A DNA stretch of 53,735 nucleotides, from NCBI RefSeq assembly GCF_001194135.2, contig NC_068990.1, forward strand, positions 81,979,721 through 82,033,455, given 5' to 3'. The first letter of the stretch is position 1. Each line of letters opens with the position of its first letter. This document shows, piece by piece, positions 13,181 to 27,590 of this stretch. The notes beneath the pieces were generated by a model, which saw nothing but the letters and a program-made list of their open reading frames with translations, made no database searches and was not told where the DNA came from. A program made the position numbers and the translations under genes. The DNA is from Octopus bimaculoides. Lineage: Eukaryota.

Positions 13181-16100
13181 GGTCTTAAGCAAAACTATTT
13201 AAACGATCTTAAATTAAACTCATTAAATATTTTGTTGAAACATGATTTAGTTTAATAAAAACTAGGTTAAGAAAATAGATTGAACAATGGGGTTAACTTT
13301 ATTAGTCTTACATTCTTCTATGAAATACTTGAAATGTCTTTTGTGATACCTCACCAGCATGTTCTCATCTTGTACGTATATTTTCTTCTTCAAATGTGAG
13401 TAAAAAGTTATTTTGTAAAAAATGTTCCACATCACAAAATCCATTCTCTAAGGTAGATTAATTACTTCCAAAGAATTCTGGGATAGCAAGTGAGGGATGA
13501 CAAACATCCTTTTTTTAAACTTATAGTTATCTTCATTATTTTCCCTATTTTTTCTTTCTGTCATTTCAACTATTTTTGACACAGGTCCAGTATGCATTTA
13601 CATTTTACTTGGAACAAAATGGTTTATGACAACTGACAAATAACATTTGGACAGTGACATGTGAAATATTTTACGTTCCTGTTATACTTTTTACTAAATA
13701 TTGGATCATATCTATTTCTTCAGGGTGGTGTAGGGAAAACATCTTAAAAATTGCTCATATTGTCTACTGTATAACAAGCTCTATAACAGTGCTTGCTATT
13801 TTCTATGTAGCTGCTATAGATCAATCTGTGATCCAGTTTCAATTTCCTGTTGGAGTACATGCTCTTGCTTTGAGAAAAAGCATGGATGCTAGCTACTATC
13901 ATCCAATTCTCTTCTCTACTTAGATATTTTCCTGCCTAACTAAACAAAGCTTGTGTGTACTATATACTAATCTACATGGTCCATTTAAAGTTTTATATTG
14001 TAGTTAGTAGTATATCAATGCTAGAAAGTGATGACAAATGTTAATGAAACCATTTGTCAGTACTTGTTTCCTTCCAGAAAGCATATTTAAAATGATTTAA
14101 TAACATTTCTGTCTTTAAACTTAATGGAAGGAAAATAAACTATATTTCTGTTTAGGCTGATGATGGTGGCAATTTGATGTCTTATTGCTCCTTTTTAAAT
14201 ATGGTCTACCTCTAAATAATTTGATTGATTTCAATAAATAAATAAAATGAAAAGTCTTTTTTTTTTTTTTTTTTCTCATCTGTGAAACTCTTCTCAGCTC
14301 TCATTAGAACTTCTGTGAAAAACTAAATTCTCTGTTGTCCAGAAGCTATTTCTGTAATTTTCTTCTAATCGCTTTATATATAAAGTAAAAACATTTCATG
14401 TATATTTAGAAATCAGAGATAAAGATCATATCTTAAATAAAAAAAGATCACAGTTTTGAGCTACATCAAAGATCTTGGAGTTCACAAAGCACTTTGTTTT
14501 TCTTCTGTATTATTTCTGTTTTGCTGTGCACTGACCAGTATATGTTGCACCACTTGTATCTGTTCCATTTAAAACCTCTGCATAATTTTTTGTTAATTTT
14601 TCTAGAATATGTATTCCACTCTATATTTTCCCCTACTCTTTTAATTATCCTTATAAACTGTTGCTTTCTTATATTTGAACTTCAGTTATAAATTGGTATT
14701 TAATTAATCTTAGGGAAGATTTCTGGATGTTTATAAAGTTCTTCATATAAATACCAACTGATCACTAGAACTTTGTAGAATATTTGCTTCTTAGTTCAGT
14801 GGGAGAAATATCAGTAAAAGATACTTAGATGAATTATTTGCAAGTTTTGTTATCAAATGAATATGAGTAGGAATGTATTAGTGTATATAATTGTCTCATC
14901 GGTTAGAGCTAAGTACAGTGTTCTAGATTTGGGTATTAAATGTGAGGTTTATGATGAAGTACCATGGCTCGAACATGTAACTGTTATTTGCCTTCACTAT
15001 GAACTTGTTTAGTAGACTAGTAAGTATACAATTACCAAAACCCTATTAAAAACGCTAGTGGTTACACTAGCATTTACTCAAGAGGAACATTCAGATATGT
15101 TGAGCCAATGTGGTGGTCCAACCTGCTTAGAAAAAGCAGCTAAATCTTCTTCAATCTTGTCTTATCATCTTGAAGATAGGTAGGACATTAAAGGTAATAT
15201 AATTCCAAATAAATTTATACCTGAAAATAATATAGGGTAGCCCTGGTCGGAACACTTTCGATCATAGGTTTGCATGATGAAAGCTGACTTTCAAAATGAG
15301 AAGCAAGTTTATTTAATTCTAATTTACATTCCAGTCTCGTTGACAGGTATAATACTTAGATAGGATATGTATTTGAAAACACTCATGCATAGAATATTTT
15401 TGGTAATCTCAACTGCTCTGTGTGTGTGTGTGCATGAATTTTAAAATAAAAACCATGCAATTTTCTATTGATTTTTACTTACCTTACAAGTTTAGTTCCA
15501 ATAACAACATACTCTATAAATTATTACCTGCTAGCTAGAATTTATTCTAAGAACCGATATATTGTTATATAAATTATTGTCAATATTAATTTTTAAGTTT
15601 TAATTATTATATGCTAATTAGCCATGAGGTTAATTACAGTTCTATTTCATTATCTTTCGTATATCTTTCTGACTTTTAAACAGATGTTACTAATTTTATT
15701 AATAATTATATTGTAGCAGCGATGTCAGCTTTTTTGAACATTTTTTTTGTTTAACTTCTAATCATAAGCAGTCTGTTAAAAAGAAATTCTCTAGATATAG
15801 GTGTATAGTTGTGTGTGTGTGTGTGTCTGTGTACATAAAAACACTGGCAGGTGATACTTCAAAGTCTCTGTCAATAAAATTATGATATGTGTATATAATA
15901 TGCATACATCACATATATTAATGTGTTCATGTGTGTTTGCTTAATATTTGTTTTAATATTTCCGAGCACTGATCTGATAGCTTGAACAAGGCTCAATTCT
16001 ATTCCATTCCTAGTCTTATTTTTTGATAGACAGTTTAGAAGTTTCTTGCTTTGCAGAGATAACTTGTAGGAAATGTAATTGTTGAGTCTAGTGTTGTCCT

Positions 16101-17989
16101 TGCAAGTCAAGTGTCTGCATGTCAAGAGACTAGAAGATAATTTTGCTGACTTTGTTACTTTGTAGTTCCAGCAACTTCTCTGTTTTCTGCTTTGTCTACA
16201 ACCAATAAGAATGGTTGCCAGATCTAGTTTTTAAGTTTGCTTCAGCATGTACGTCTTCAGTGTATTCTGAATTTCTAGCAGATGGTTAGCAATTCCTTCT
16301 TTCAATGATGGATCAGTTTGCAACTGTTCTCTGTTCCTCTCCTGAGAAATGGACAGAGATTTCCTTTTTAGTTTAGCATTTCCAAAGTGAGACTTTTCTC
16401 TTAAATGCTTCAACTCAGTTCGTATGACTAAGATTTGCTTCAAATATCCATGATTTGAAATTTAAGCAGTAAAGTCACCATAACAAATTGCATGTTGATG
16501 AAGTATGCAGTTGTAAGCTTTTATGTAAAGTACTCTCTCTCTTTCACTAGTACTGCAAAACTAGTATTGTGCCCCATCATTATTGCTGCACAATCAATAC
16601 ACACAGATTCCAACACATCCCACTCTTGATAATGGCATTAAAAAAAGAAGTATTATAAAGCAGTTGGAAAACATCAACAGCTTTGGTTGTGGGTTGCATT
16701 TGTTCACAAAACAAAAGTTTATCCTACAAGGTATAATCCTGCATATATAGCAAAGGTATATAATCAATTCACTCATTTCTGAGACATCTGTTGAGTCACC
16801 CATTTGGATACTGATGGGACATGGGAGTCATTTCATTAGTCACCTGGGCAACGACAATCCTTCCAGTGACTCAGATTTAGTGACATTATCATTGAGTAGA
16901 ATGTGTTGGATATTCTTTGCTGCTTTATGTCCAAGGACAAGTTCTGCCTCATTCAGGGAGTATAGTCTAACAACCTTTTCTTGTGCATAGAACAACTATT
17001 ATTTTAATGCAAATATTTGTCACTTTAAACAGGACATGCTAAATTAGTTTTCATGAAATGCAAAATGCAAGATGAGGAAGAGTTCCCCCCTTTTTTTTTT
17101 TTTTGTATCAGACATTTTGGGAAGTTGTTCAATCTTGCAGGTCTTAAATTTGAATAACTCTTTATGAAATTGCAAAACATATTTGGTACTTGATTATTGC
17201 ACCCAGAGTTGTCTTTGGTAGATGTGAATCCATACTCAACTGTTGCTGTATTTCCTGACTTTGATAGCTTACACAAACAGTGAATTGGATTACAGTTAAA
17301 ATCAAAATTGCTAGCACTACCCATTATGCAAAACAAACAAATAATTTTCTATCTATGAGAGTAGGTACATTGGTTATTCTCAGATAAGGATATAATAATA
17401 AAAGGCTAGAGTTGAATAGAGAAAGTGATGAAGATCAGATAGGTGAATAGGGAACATCCCAACCAAGCTACATAGGTGCATGCGCAGAGGTAGGCTAAGA
17501 AAAATACAAATACATGCAAGTTGTGATGTAGAAGAGCAGTGACAACAATGTTATGATATTAGCAAAGAGTGTGAGTTGTGAAAAAGGAAATAAAAAAAGG
17601 TAACAAGCTGTGGGCCAAATTAGGTAATCTGCTCCCTCTTATAATGTAATGGGACCATTTCCAGCACCTCACTAATGAATTTTAGCACCCCAAATTGTGA
17701 AACACTGCTTTACATGTCCATTCAATCTGCTAGAAATAGCTGTAAATCTTCCTCAGGTCACACCCTATCATCATAAAAAAGGAAAGATTATGTAATTCTA
17801 GATACACTATTTTTTTAATTTTCTATTGCCTTCTGCAATTAGACTGCAGCGATGCTGAGGCATCAATTTTAATTGATCTACTATTCCCAGTATTCATTTC
17901 ATTCAGACTGCATTTTATTTTATTGGTGTCTATATCAAACTGCTAAGCTGCAATGCCAATTTCATTTTGACTTGCGGCAGACATGATAC

Positions 17990-18180
17990 AGACGCACATA
18001 TCTATGACTGGTTTCTCTACAGTTTCTGCTAACCAAATTTCACTTACAGGATACTGCTTAAGTTCAGGCTATAGTAAGACATTTGCCTCCTAAGATACTG
18101 TGCTATGAGATTGAATCCATAACCATGTAATTATGAAACTATCTTCTTAGCTACACAAGCCATGACTGTCTATGGCCCAA
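17990..18180 (-). mobile_element. SINE family C head, antisense, degenerate
   Basis: CAGTTTCTGCTAACCAAATTTCACTTACA...GCTATAGTAAGACATTTGCC...AACCATG. Confidence 0.65.
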
Positions 18181-19068
18181 CCTTTTGTTTTTAAGAGAGG
18201 AATTGGACAATCAGTGTTATAGGACTCCATAAGCGGAGATAATTTAGGGTTAAACTTTAGTTGATTTATGCATAGGTAGTAAACTATTTCATGTAGACAT
18301 TTGCACAGTCATGTTCACACCTGGGGAGAGGACTAGAGATCAGGGGATGTTGAGAGGGCTTGTATGTGATTATTTGACTTGCTAGAAATAGCAGTCAGTA
18401 AACTAGATTTCATCACATAGCTTATATGTAATCCACTACTTAACAGCACTATTTTCACTACTTGCCCCTCATGTGCCTTTAAGAGAGTTCAGTCTGTTAC
18501 CCTCTATAGAGGGCTTGCTCTCCACTCCTGCTTTTTTTTTACTTAACATGCATATATTCTGGCTGGGAACCAGCCTCTATGCTTCTCACTTATTTAGAAG
18601 AGCATAAGTTATGACTGCTTTCTTTGCTCCTCTTCTCACAAACTTCACCTTTTCATAAATGTATTTCTAATGAAACAATTTTTTTCTTCTCTTTTAATGG
18701 TTTCAACCATTGGACTTCTATAATACTGGGGCACTACTTTCAAGAATTTCAGTTGATTATATCAGCCCTAGTGCTAATTTCACTATTATTTTATTTCATA
18801 AATCTCTGTTTGTTGAATTATGGGACAAATAAAAAACATTCTTTTAACAGTTATTTAAACATAAATTGAAATAGATGCACACACACAAACACAACAAATA
18901 GCTACAAATTCCGTATATCGTATTCCACTCACAAGGTATTGGACAATTCCCAGGCTGCAGTAGAAGATACTTGCTGAAGTGTCTCTCAGGGGGATCAGAC
19001 TGGAGAAAATAATCAAGAATTTCCAAGAGATTTAGTAAAATAACTAACTTTTAATATTAAGACAGTGT

Positions 19069-19220
19069 AAGGCAGTGAGCTGGCAGAATTGTTAGCATGC
19101 TGGGCAAAATGCTTGGCAGCATTTTGACCATCTTTATATTCTGAGTTCAGATTCTGCCGAGGTCAACTCGCCTCATCCCCTGAAATTGCTGGTCTTATGC
19201 CAAAATTTGTAACCAATATT
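19069..19220 (+). mobile_element. SINE family A, internally deleted
   Basis: GAGCTGGCAGAATTGTTAGCA...CTGAGTTCAGATTCTGCCGAGGTCAAC head joined directly to the 3' part. Confidence 0.78.
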
Positions 19221-20879
19221 AAGACTGTGTTACAATATTGACTACCACCAGACCAAATCAGTAAAAAATACAGTGAAGACTTCTCTGAGTATGTGTGTAC
19301 ATGTGTATGCAAGAGAATGATTATAACAATAACTTGGTTGCTAATGCAACACAGTGTGTGCTTGTGTAGGAAAATATAACTATGAATTCTTTAAATTTTC
19401 TGAGAAATGGAGCTGTCTCCAGTCTGTGATTCAAACACATTGATGTTGAATAAACTGGCATTAAGCCATTGAGTTTATATTATTAAATAATTGTTCTGTT
19501 GTTATGGGAGAGTTTATATCTATTTGTATTCTCTGATAAGATATTGAGAATAGCAGCTATAAATGATATCACACTGTAGCTGGTTTGGTTCTGATGGATA
19601 TTTAATAAGCTCTATTAAAAATATTTATATTTTAGTATGTCAATTTCTTCAACTTCAAATTTTGCGTAAAACTGTATAATTGAATATAAAAGGAGACATT
19701 AGTTTATGCTTGAGTTTTAACAGTCGTTCTGTTTGTTTTCATATTAATGTATATAGGTGTGTGTGTATATATGAATGTATGTATGTATAGGTATAGATAG
19801 GAATAGAAATACATATCTGTGCATATGCATCGGTGTGTGACTGTGTATAGATAGATTGATTGATTTGAACACATACAGACCAGTGTGGTTATATTCACAC
19901 TGAATGCTTTTCTTTTTAGTACTAATAATTAGCATTTACTTTTTATAGTAGCTCTATAGCAGCTCTGTAAAAGGAAAACAATACAAATGCGAGAATAATA
20001 ATACATTAATCAATAAATACTCAATGTGAATTTGCCATAATGCAATATCAGTTTCACAAGACTTTTGATTGCACATCAGGTTTTATACTAAATGTATATA
20101 CAATGAAGAATAAATTAATTTAATATTCTAATTTAAAAAAAAAAAAAGTGAAGCCTTTATTAAGTTGCTAGACTTATGGTATAATTTTTCTCTAATTTCT
20201 GCATGTTTCCTTAACACGGTGTTGGTTTCTAGCTACCTTTTAACTTTCATTTAATCAAAATTATATTGAAATGATATATTGTTTTTTTCATGGGTGTAAA
20301 CAACAGTTATTTAAAGTGGGATATTTTACAATTATTTTAAATGCATGGAGGCTTTCTTTTTTCTTAACTTTATTTATTATTTTTCTTTTTTTTTTTTCCG
20401 TTTCAATTTTTATGTAAGTATGGTTAGCTGTCTAACATGTTTTCTGTTTATTTTTTTCCAAATTGTTATTTTTTCCAGTGTATTATATTTATCTAAGCAT
20501 GATATAAAAGATATCTGATATGCTTATCTTTTTAAATAAATACAGTCTGATAGTAGTTAAGATCCTTTGTGTTTATCTTAGTTTTTGTAATGCTAAACAG
20601 TTCATGAATTCCTAGGAGTTAAGCATGTCATTTGTCCAATTTTTCTCATTGATGCATGTGCTACATTAGATCATGTATGCATACATATTTGACCATATAT
20701 GACGTATCCTACGTTTTATCTTTTGTCATTGCTATTAACAGTGATAATCTAGGAAAAAGAAAGATATAGAGATAGACTATTCTCTCCGCTAACTACACTT
20801 AGCTCATGTAACATGTTAGTAATCCACTAAATATACTGTCAGACTAACAGCAAGGATCTTACCCATCTTTACACTCTAG

Positions 20880-21191
20880 TTCCTGGAGAACCACGGAAAA
20901 TACGAGCTGAACCCATCAATTCTACTGCTGTGTTTATTGAATGGAAACATCCTTCCTCCAAAAATAGAAATGGTATAATACGGGGTTATCAAATACAGTA
21001 TGTCGAAGTAGATGACCATGATCAACAATCAGGTGACCTCCGCATGACAGATACAACTGATGGCGATAAAACTGAGTATGTGATTACCAATTTAGAGCCG
21101 GATACTAGGTACCAGTTTACTGTTGCGGCATATACTCGAAAAGGAGATGGAATACGAAGCAGAGCAAAAATAGTGGAAACCAAAGGCGCAG
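20880..21191 (+). CDS. Lar: Lar exon 3, FN3 no. 5: VPGEPRKIRAEPINSTAV...AAYTRKGDGIRSRAKIVETKGA
   Basis: acactctag acceptor, G|GTAACC donor, 312 nt, phase 1-1; AAYTxKGDGxRS matches LAR FN5. Confidence 0.95.
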
Positions 21192-21447
21192 GTAACCTTC
21201 ATTTTTTCCCCCCTTCTCTCCTTTTTTTTTTTTTTTGGTGTTTATTTATTTTTTTTTTTGGTAAATTTAATCTAAATCTTTTTTTTTACTTCCACTTTTA
21301 GCTTTTTATAAGGCATTTAAATAAATCAAATCAATGACTGGTTTCTGTTGTGATGTAATAAAGATCATCACATTCACAAAGGATTGAATTCAGTTGTGTG
21401 CAGCCTTCCTTTCCTATTAGGAAAAGCAATAATTGTCAAGTCAGCTT

Positions 21448-21496
21448 NNNNNNNNNNNNNNNNNNNNNNNNNNNNNNNNNNNNNNNNNNNNNNNNN
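21448..21496. other. Assembly gap (49 N)
   Basis: N run. Confidence 1.
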
Positions 21497-22849
21497 TCCT
21501 AACTTCTTCATATCTGTCTTTCTTATTTCATTCAATTCTATGTCGTATGCTTTGCTGAATGAATATATTATTATTTGCTTCTAGTCGTCTGGTTGTAACT
21601 TTGGTGTGTGTTATTTTTCTGTATTCAGTTTAATTTGCATTGTCACATAAAATTTTTACTTTCTGTAGAAATCTTTGTGTAGGTTGTGTTTTTTTTTTTT
21701 TTTAATTATTATTTTTAGGAAGCATTTTCTTGTTTATGTTGAATTTTTCATTTTGTGATTTAAAGTTTGTATATATTTTTTTTTCTCCTTAGCAGTTTTC
21801 CCACATCAGTCTTAATATATGAATTGGAAATTTGATACTAGCATTGTTTACTCAAAAACAATTGCTATAGCTTTTAGTGTTTAGATTATTCCAGTTCTTC
21901 TAAACACAATCTCTTATGCTAAGCATCTTTGTGTGTTTGTCTGTGAGATCAGTCTTCATGTCCTCATACACTATGATTTTATTCTCAACTACCCACGTTA
22001 CAGAAATTTGTTATTGTGAATCTTATCAAATTGCATATCAGTGAAATAGGGAATATTTGTTTAACAACCACTAGAAGAGTATTTTCAAATTTAAAGAAGC
22101 AAAAAATCAGTATTAGATAGTTTCATATATAAGCTAGATAATTTTGAATGTCAACATTTGATAATAGTATATATATAATAAACATGTAAAAACACAAAAT
22201 CCTAGCAAATTGCTGGTTGTCTGCATCAACAAAAATTATTCAGTGAGGTTTATAGATCTAAGTTTGAATGACATAAGAAGCAGCAGATATTAAGAGTCTT
22301 AAGAAAAAAATAAATTATTATATATAGTGTATACCCATATACTACTTAACTCAGGTGCTATACCTCTTTGAGCTTTCAATACAAATTTTGAAATATTTCT
22401 GACTTAAGCTGTTTACAAACCCATCTGATTTATCATCAGTTTGTTCAGGAAAATGCATTTTTTGGGTTTCCGAGGATATGCAACAAATCACTAATATATC
22501 TCAACTTTTCCAAACTGCTTATAAGTTATTTCCTTCAAATCTCAAATTTTCTGAAAAACATTAAATCCATTTTAGTTATAGCAACAGATGGCTAGTGATA
22601 TAACTACTCCATTATATCTTGTTTCATTATAACAAAATGATTAACTGGGAGGTACATACCATTATTTACATTTACACACACTTATGTGTGTGCATGCACA
22701 CACATACACACACATACATCTCAAAAATAATTAGACTCCCCTTATTATATCATTCTATTTGTGCGGACACTACCTGCTGTTTCAGATTTGTTACTGTATT
22801 AGTGTTTTTCATTTCAGATTACAGTATATTAATTGTTTATAGCAATTAA

Positions 22850-23255
22850 CCATGCTGTGAACATCTGAAGCAAAGGAGTTTCTGATTTTCAAAGGATATA
22901 TTACTAGTCGATCTGAGGCTGGGTTTAATCAGCGTCGGATTATACAGATTTTATATATAAATACAGATTTTATATATATTGCTATTCCTTTTGCCACAGT
23001 CAACAGAGTGATTAAGCAATTCACCAGTAAAGGGAAAAATCAACTGTGTCCTCTTCTGGTAGACTTGAGCCCTCTGACAGATATCTTTGAGCTGTCAGGT
23101 GAACTGTTGAAAAGAATCCCCTTTGTGAGGCAGCTGATGTTACAGAGTAACTCCAAATGAGTCAGAGTACTTTTGTGAGGTATTTCCATCAACTTGGCTG
23201 CTGTGGTAGAACAGCTAGAAGGAAACCTCTTCTCCAACCCTCAAATATCCAAAGA
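22850..23255 (+). mobile_element. Tc1-family transposase N-terminal (HTH) remnant
   Basis: Frameshifted translation gives SDFQR...EAGFNQRRI, TVNRVIKQF, SGR, VEKNP, STFVRYFHQLGCCGRTARRKPLL. Confidence 0.7.
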
Positions 23256-23439
23256 GAAAGAAGAAATAATCTTTCAAATTGGTACCTGTTCCTTTCTGAG
23301 ATGTCTGTGTGTGTGTGTGTATATTCTTCTTTATAATTCTGTTTTGTCACAGGAGGTCTAATAAGAGTTCATAAGAACTCAATATTTTTATAAGTACTGG
23401 TTTCCACAACCTTGAAGTGGTGTGATATTACAGTAACTG

Positions 23440-23669
23440 ACGGCGAGCTGGCAGAAACGTTAGCACGCCGAGCGAAATGCTTAGCGGTATTTCATCAGCC
23501 ACTACGTTCTGAGTTCAAATTCCGCCAAGGTCGACTTTGCCTTTCATCCTTTCGGGGTCGATAAATTAAGTACCAGTTACGCACTGGGGTCGATGTAATC
23601 GACTTAATCCCTTTGTCTGTCCTTGTTTGTCCCTTCTATGTTTAGCCCCTTGTGGGCAATAAAGAATTG
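23440..23669 (+). mobile_element. tRNA-derived SINE family A, well preserved, 15-16 bp TSD
   Basis: TGGCAGAAACG and GAGTTCAAATTCC boxes; core GCCTTTCATCCTTTCGGGGTCGATAAATTAAGTACCAG (resembles the MetaSINE core from memory, unverified); TSD GATATTACAGTAACTG at 23424-23439 and 23670-23685. Confidence 0.9.
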
Positions 23670-24077
23670 GATATTACAGTAACTGTCTTGTCTGTGACAA
23701 AAGTACAAAGCTATAAGTTAAGAATAAATTACAGAAACATTAATTTTGTGATGAAATTGATCAGTTTACAGCTGTTCCAACTCAGAGAATAAGCAGCACT
23801 ATGTAAAGAGTACTGCACTGTGCTCCTTCAGTAAGGAAAGATCTTATTTATTTTAATGTAAGTGTGTGTGGGTACATGTGCACTCACTATTATTATACTT
23901 GAGCTAATGCAAGTATATCTATGTATGTAAACGAAACTCTGCTAAACCTTTCCCTTACTAAGTCACACTCTCCCTAAATATTTCATGTTGCCTTTTACAT
24001 CATCTCTGAAGTAATGAAGTACAACTCATATCACACACCATCTCTTCAACTGATACTCTCTCTCTCTGTCTCTCGAA

Positions 24078-24117
<40 letters not shown>

Positions 24118-24316
24118 ACAAATTAAAAGGGTAAAGGATTATCAATTTATTAATTAATAAATCAATTAACAATGAATAATTTTTACCAGCCCATCGGTAT
24201 GAAAGCACCATTATTGGTGGAGAACTTATTTAAAAGCTCATATATATTTATAAACATAATTAAGGGATCAGCAAATATTTGATTCACCATATACCGAAGT
24301 TCAGAAATAGCAGCTA

Positions 24317-24530
24317 NNNNNNNNNNNNNNNNNNNNNNNNNNNNNNNNNNNNNNNNNNNNNNNNNNNNNNNNNNNNNNNNNNNNNNNNNNNNNNNNNNNN
24401 NNNNNNNNNNNNNNNNNNNNNNNNNNNNNNNNNNNNNNNNNNNNNNNNNNNNNNNNNNNNNNNNNNNNNNNNNNNNNNNNNNNNNNNNNNNNNNNNNNNN
24501 NNNNNNNNNNNNNNNNNNNNNNNNNNNNNN
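24317..24530. other. Assembly gap (214 N)
   Basis: N run. Confidence 1.
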
Positions 24531-26053
24531 CTATCTCAAAACTCTTGAATTTTTCTGACACACACACACACACATACACACATACATACTGAACTTTCAA
24601 CTGCAAACATTTAATATGTAAATTATAATTATTAGTTTTATCTTATAATTATCAATATAATATATTTTTCTTGAATATTAATATAAATTTGTAAACAAAA
24701 ATACCCACATACTGTGTGTTTTCAGGTTATTACTAGTGATATTTTCTCTTTTTCCAAAGCTAACGAATTTGTCAAAACTTCATGGAAAGATATATTAATA
24801 TAGTCACATTTCATTATATTTTGTTTGTCTTCCAGAATGATCCAATTAAGAATCTTCAGTAACACCTGACAGTAATTAACATGCCGATTAATTGCTTCAT
24901 CTCTGTTACAACTTCCTAACTTACCAATTCAGATTGTTTTATTTTTCTTTTCTCCTTTTTATCCTTACTATTTTCCTTTTTTCTCTCTTATCTTTTTTTT
25001 TAAGTTTTTTTTTTTTTTTTTTTTTTTTTTTCACTTAACATTTTTCTTACAAATTGCTAATATAATGTTGTTATTCACTTATCATTTTGTTCATCAATGT
25101 CCAGACCTTTGACATTTAACCACTTTTTTCCTTCAGTTTTTTTAAAGTTTTGCATTATTTGTCTTCAACTATTCTACCGATATTAATGTATGCCTATCTG
25201 TTAGTTTCTTATTTCCTGTCTACATCTATGTATTTGCTAATACATGGTAAAATTCATCTTCACTTCTCTACCTATCTTTGTTTCCTCCACCTCCTTCCCC
25301 CATCTTTCTTTCCCTCCCATCACATACATGGATTGGCATTTATATTCATTTGTTTCTTCATGTAACATCCATTTTTCCAAGCTAGTTTGGGTTTAGATGG
25401 AGATTTGTTGGAGGCAGGATTTTGTGGCTGTATTCTCTTCCTATTGCCTTCCCTTGGTTTTTCTTTTATTGAGGAATATCTTTACTCCACAGGTCTTTGA
25501 AAATGCAGAGTAACTTATTATAATGTCAACAAGGAATGTGAACACCAGCAACAACTGGTGTAGAATATATACTCATTGATGCACACATATTTTTATACGA
25601 TGATCTCCTGTGCAATTTCCATCTACCTAAACCACATGGTTGCAAAGGGAGTATCTTAACCACCCCTATTGCTGTGCTTGTGCCTAATGTATTAAACATT
25701 ATACATTTCATCCTTTGAATAGTGCTCCAGTCATGACCATCAAACTTAGTCTTTTGACAGACTTAACAAAATGCTATAAAGTCTTGGGTCTAAACACAAT
25801 ATCCTATTTTTACAGTCATTGTGTCACATGATACCAGTATTATAATTAGTATTTATTTGAGATGTATTTCAAAACAACTGTTCTTCTTTTGTCTCTTTAT
25901 CTGTTCCTCGTTGCATATTTTTATATAATCTCCTGTTTTCATGTTCACATACCTGCCAGTCTTACACATTCATCATTATCATTTCACATCTGTTTTCCAT
26001 GCTGGCATGTGTTTCCAGGTGTATATGAGTGTGTGTATGTATGTATATCTAAT

Positions 26054-26287
26054 ATCATCATCATCATCGTTTAACGTCCGCTTTCCATGCTAGCATGGGT
26101 TGGACGATTTGACTGAGGACTGGTGAACCAGATGGCTGCACCAGGTTCCAATCTGATCTGGCAGAGTTTCTACAGCTGGATGCCCTTCCTAATGCCAACC
26201 ACTCCGAGAGTGTAGTGGGTGCTTTTACGTGCCACCGGCACGAAGGCCAGTCAGGCGGTACTGGCAACGGCCACGCTCGAAATGGTG
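26054..26287 (-). mobile_element. Retroposon family B, antisense
   Basis: (ATC)n then GTTTAACGTCCGCTTTCCATGCTAGCATGGG..., the reverse complement of the 44927 copy. Confidence 0.9.
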
Positions 26288-26445
26288 GCACAGGTGTGGC
26301 TGTGTAGTAAGAAGCTTGCTTCTCAACCACACGTTTCTGTGTTCAGTCTCACTGCATGGTACCTTGGGCAAGTGTCTTCTTCTAAAGCCTCAGACCAACC
26401 AGAACCATGTGAGTGGATTTGGTAGACGGAAACTGAAAGAAGTGT
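26288..26445 (+). mobile_element. tRNA-derived SINE family C head with CORE-like segment
   Basis: GTGGCTGTGTAGTAAG and GTGTTCAGTCTC boxes, then CCTTGGGCAAGTG (MIR/CORE-like) and TGTGAGTGGATTTGGTAGACGGAAACTG; family name unverified. Confidence 0.8.
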
Positions 26446-26552
26446 AAGCCATGATAGGACAGAAACATGGAAAACAGATGTCAAGTGATAATGATGATTT
26501 CACATACACACACATATATATTTATCTTGCCGTGTAATTTATTTCTTCACAG

Positions 26553-26747
26553 TGCCTACTCCGCCACGGAACTTAGAGATTGAACTCACTCAAGAAAATC
26601 CTCCCCAAGTCAAGGTGTCCTGGCAAAGGCCAAGGGAGGTATTTGGTACTTTACATGGTTTTAAAGTGACGTGGGGAAGAGTTGGTGAACGCTATGAGGA
26701 ACATATTTTGCGTCCTGACACATACGTATTTCTGACGACTTTCCTAG
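26553..26747 (+). CDS. Lar: Lar exon 4, FN3 no. 6 N-terminal part: VPTPPRNLEIE...YVFLTTFL
   Basis: tttcttcacag acceptor, G|GTAAGA donor, 195 nt, phase 1-1. Confidence 0.93.
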
Positions 26748-27005
26748 GTAAGACAATTATTACACACCTTTGCATCTTTTTCACCTGTTGTAAACATCTT
26801 CATTCTCATCATCATTGTCATAATCATCACCATTATGATCATCACCATTATTAATAGAATTTTAATTTTGTAATATTTGTTGATATTTTTGTATGTATGC
26901 ATATGTTTGTGTAAGTGAGTAATCTGAGTATGTGTATGTGCACATGTATTTGGTTATTTGTAGTGTGTTTTTTTTTTGTGTTTATGTAAGTAATTTTATT
27001 TTATA

Positions 27006-27430
27006 TACTGTCCAAAAGTTTAAGATCACCTAAACTTATTTCAAAAAATACCTACAAAATGGAAATAAGCAAGAGAATCATTGAACCTGTAAGAAACAAT
27101 AACACAGTTCACACAGTCATTAAGTGATGTTATCTCAGCCGACAGCACATAAAGAGTGTAAATAATCAAAATATATTGCAATGTTGCTAAACAGTGGACA
27201 CTAAAATGCTTTTGACAACATTCCTAAATAGACTTGCTGTCAAGAAATATGATTATTTGCATATAAAACGTGTATAAGTAGTGTTATTCCATATCGAATA
27301 AACCCCAAACTTTATGCAATATGTTATTCCCTATTTTTATATAAAAGAAATTATCTAAATTGATGACATTGAACTAAAAATTCCACTTTGAAACAAATTT
27401 TCGTAGGTGATTTTAAACTTTTGGATAGTA
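27006..27430. mobile_element. Non-autonomous Tc1-type element with 27-bp TIRs
   Basis: Left TACTGTCCAAAAGTTTAAGATCACCTA (27006-27032) versus reverse complement of right end TACTATCCAAAAGTTTAAAATCACCTA (27404-27430), 2 mismatches. Confidence 0.8.
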
Positions 27431-27497
27431 GTAGTTGTAAACATTTTTATAATGTATTATATATCTCATTGGTTTTTTACTCTCATCTGTTTTACAG

Positions 27498-27590
27498 ACA
27501 AGGGTGCCACCTATGAATTTCGTGTGGCCGCACGCAACCAGGTGGACTATGGCGAACGGGCTGTAGACACAATAAAAACTCCCGATGGAG
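27498..27590 (+). CDS. Lar: Lar exon 5, FN3 no. 6 C-terminal part: DKGATYEFRVAARNQVDYGERAVDTIKTPDG
   Basis: ctgttttacag acceptor, G|GTAATA donor, 93 nt, phase 1-1. Confidence 0.93.

Noticed and set aside
15011-15025. TTTAG-TAGACTA-GTAAGT microexon-like pattern
   Set aside because: 7 or 4 nt, frameshifting, at no known microexon position, and likely chance in an 8-kb AT-rich intron
6440-24606. ORFs containing X runs (6440-6905, 12815-13192, 21384-21584, 24279-24606) and also 42228-42465
   Set aside because: Artefacts of reading through N gaps
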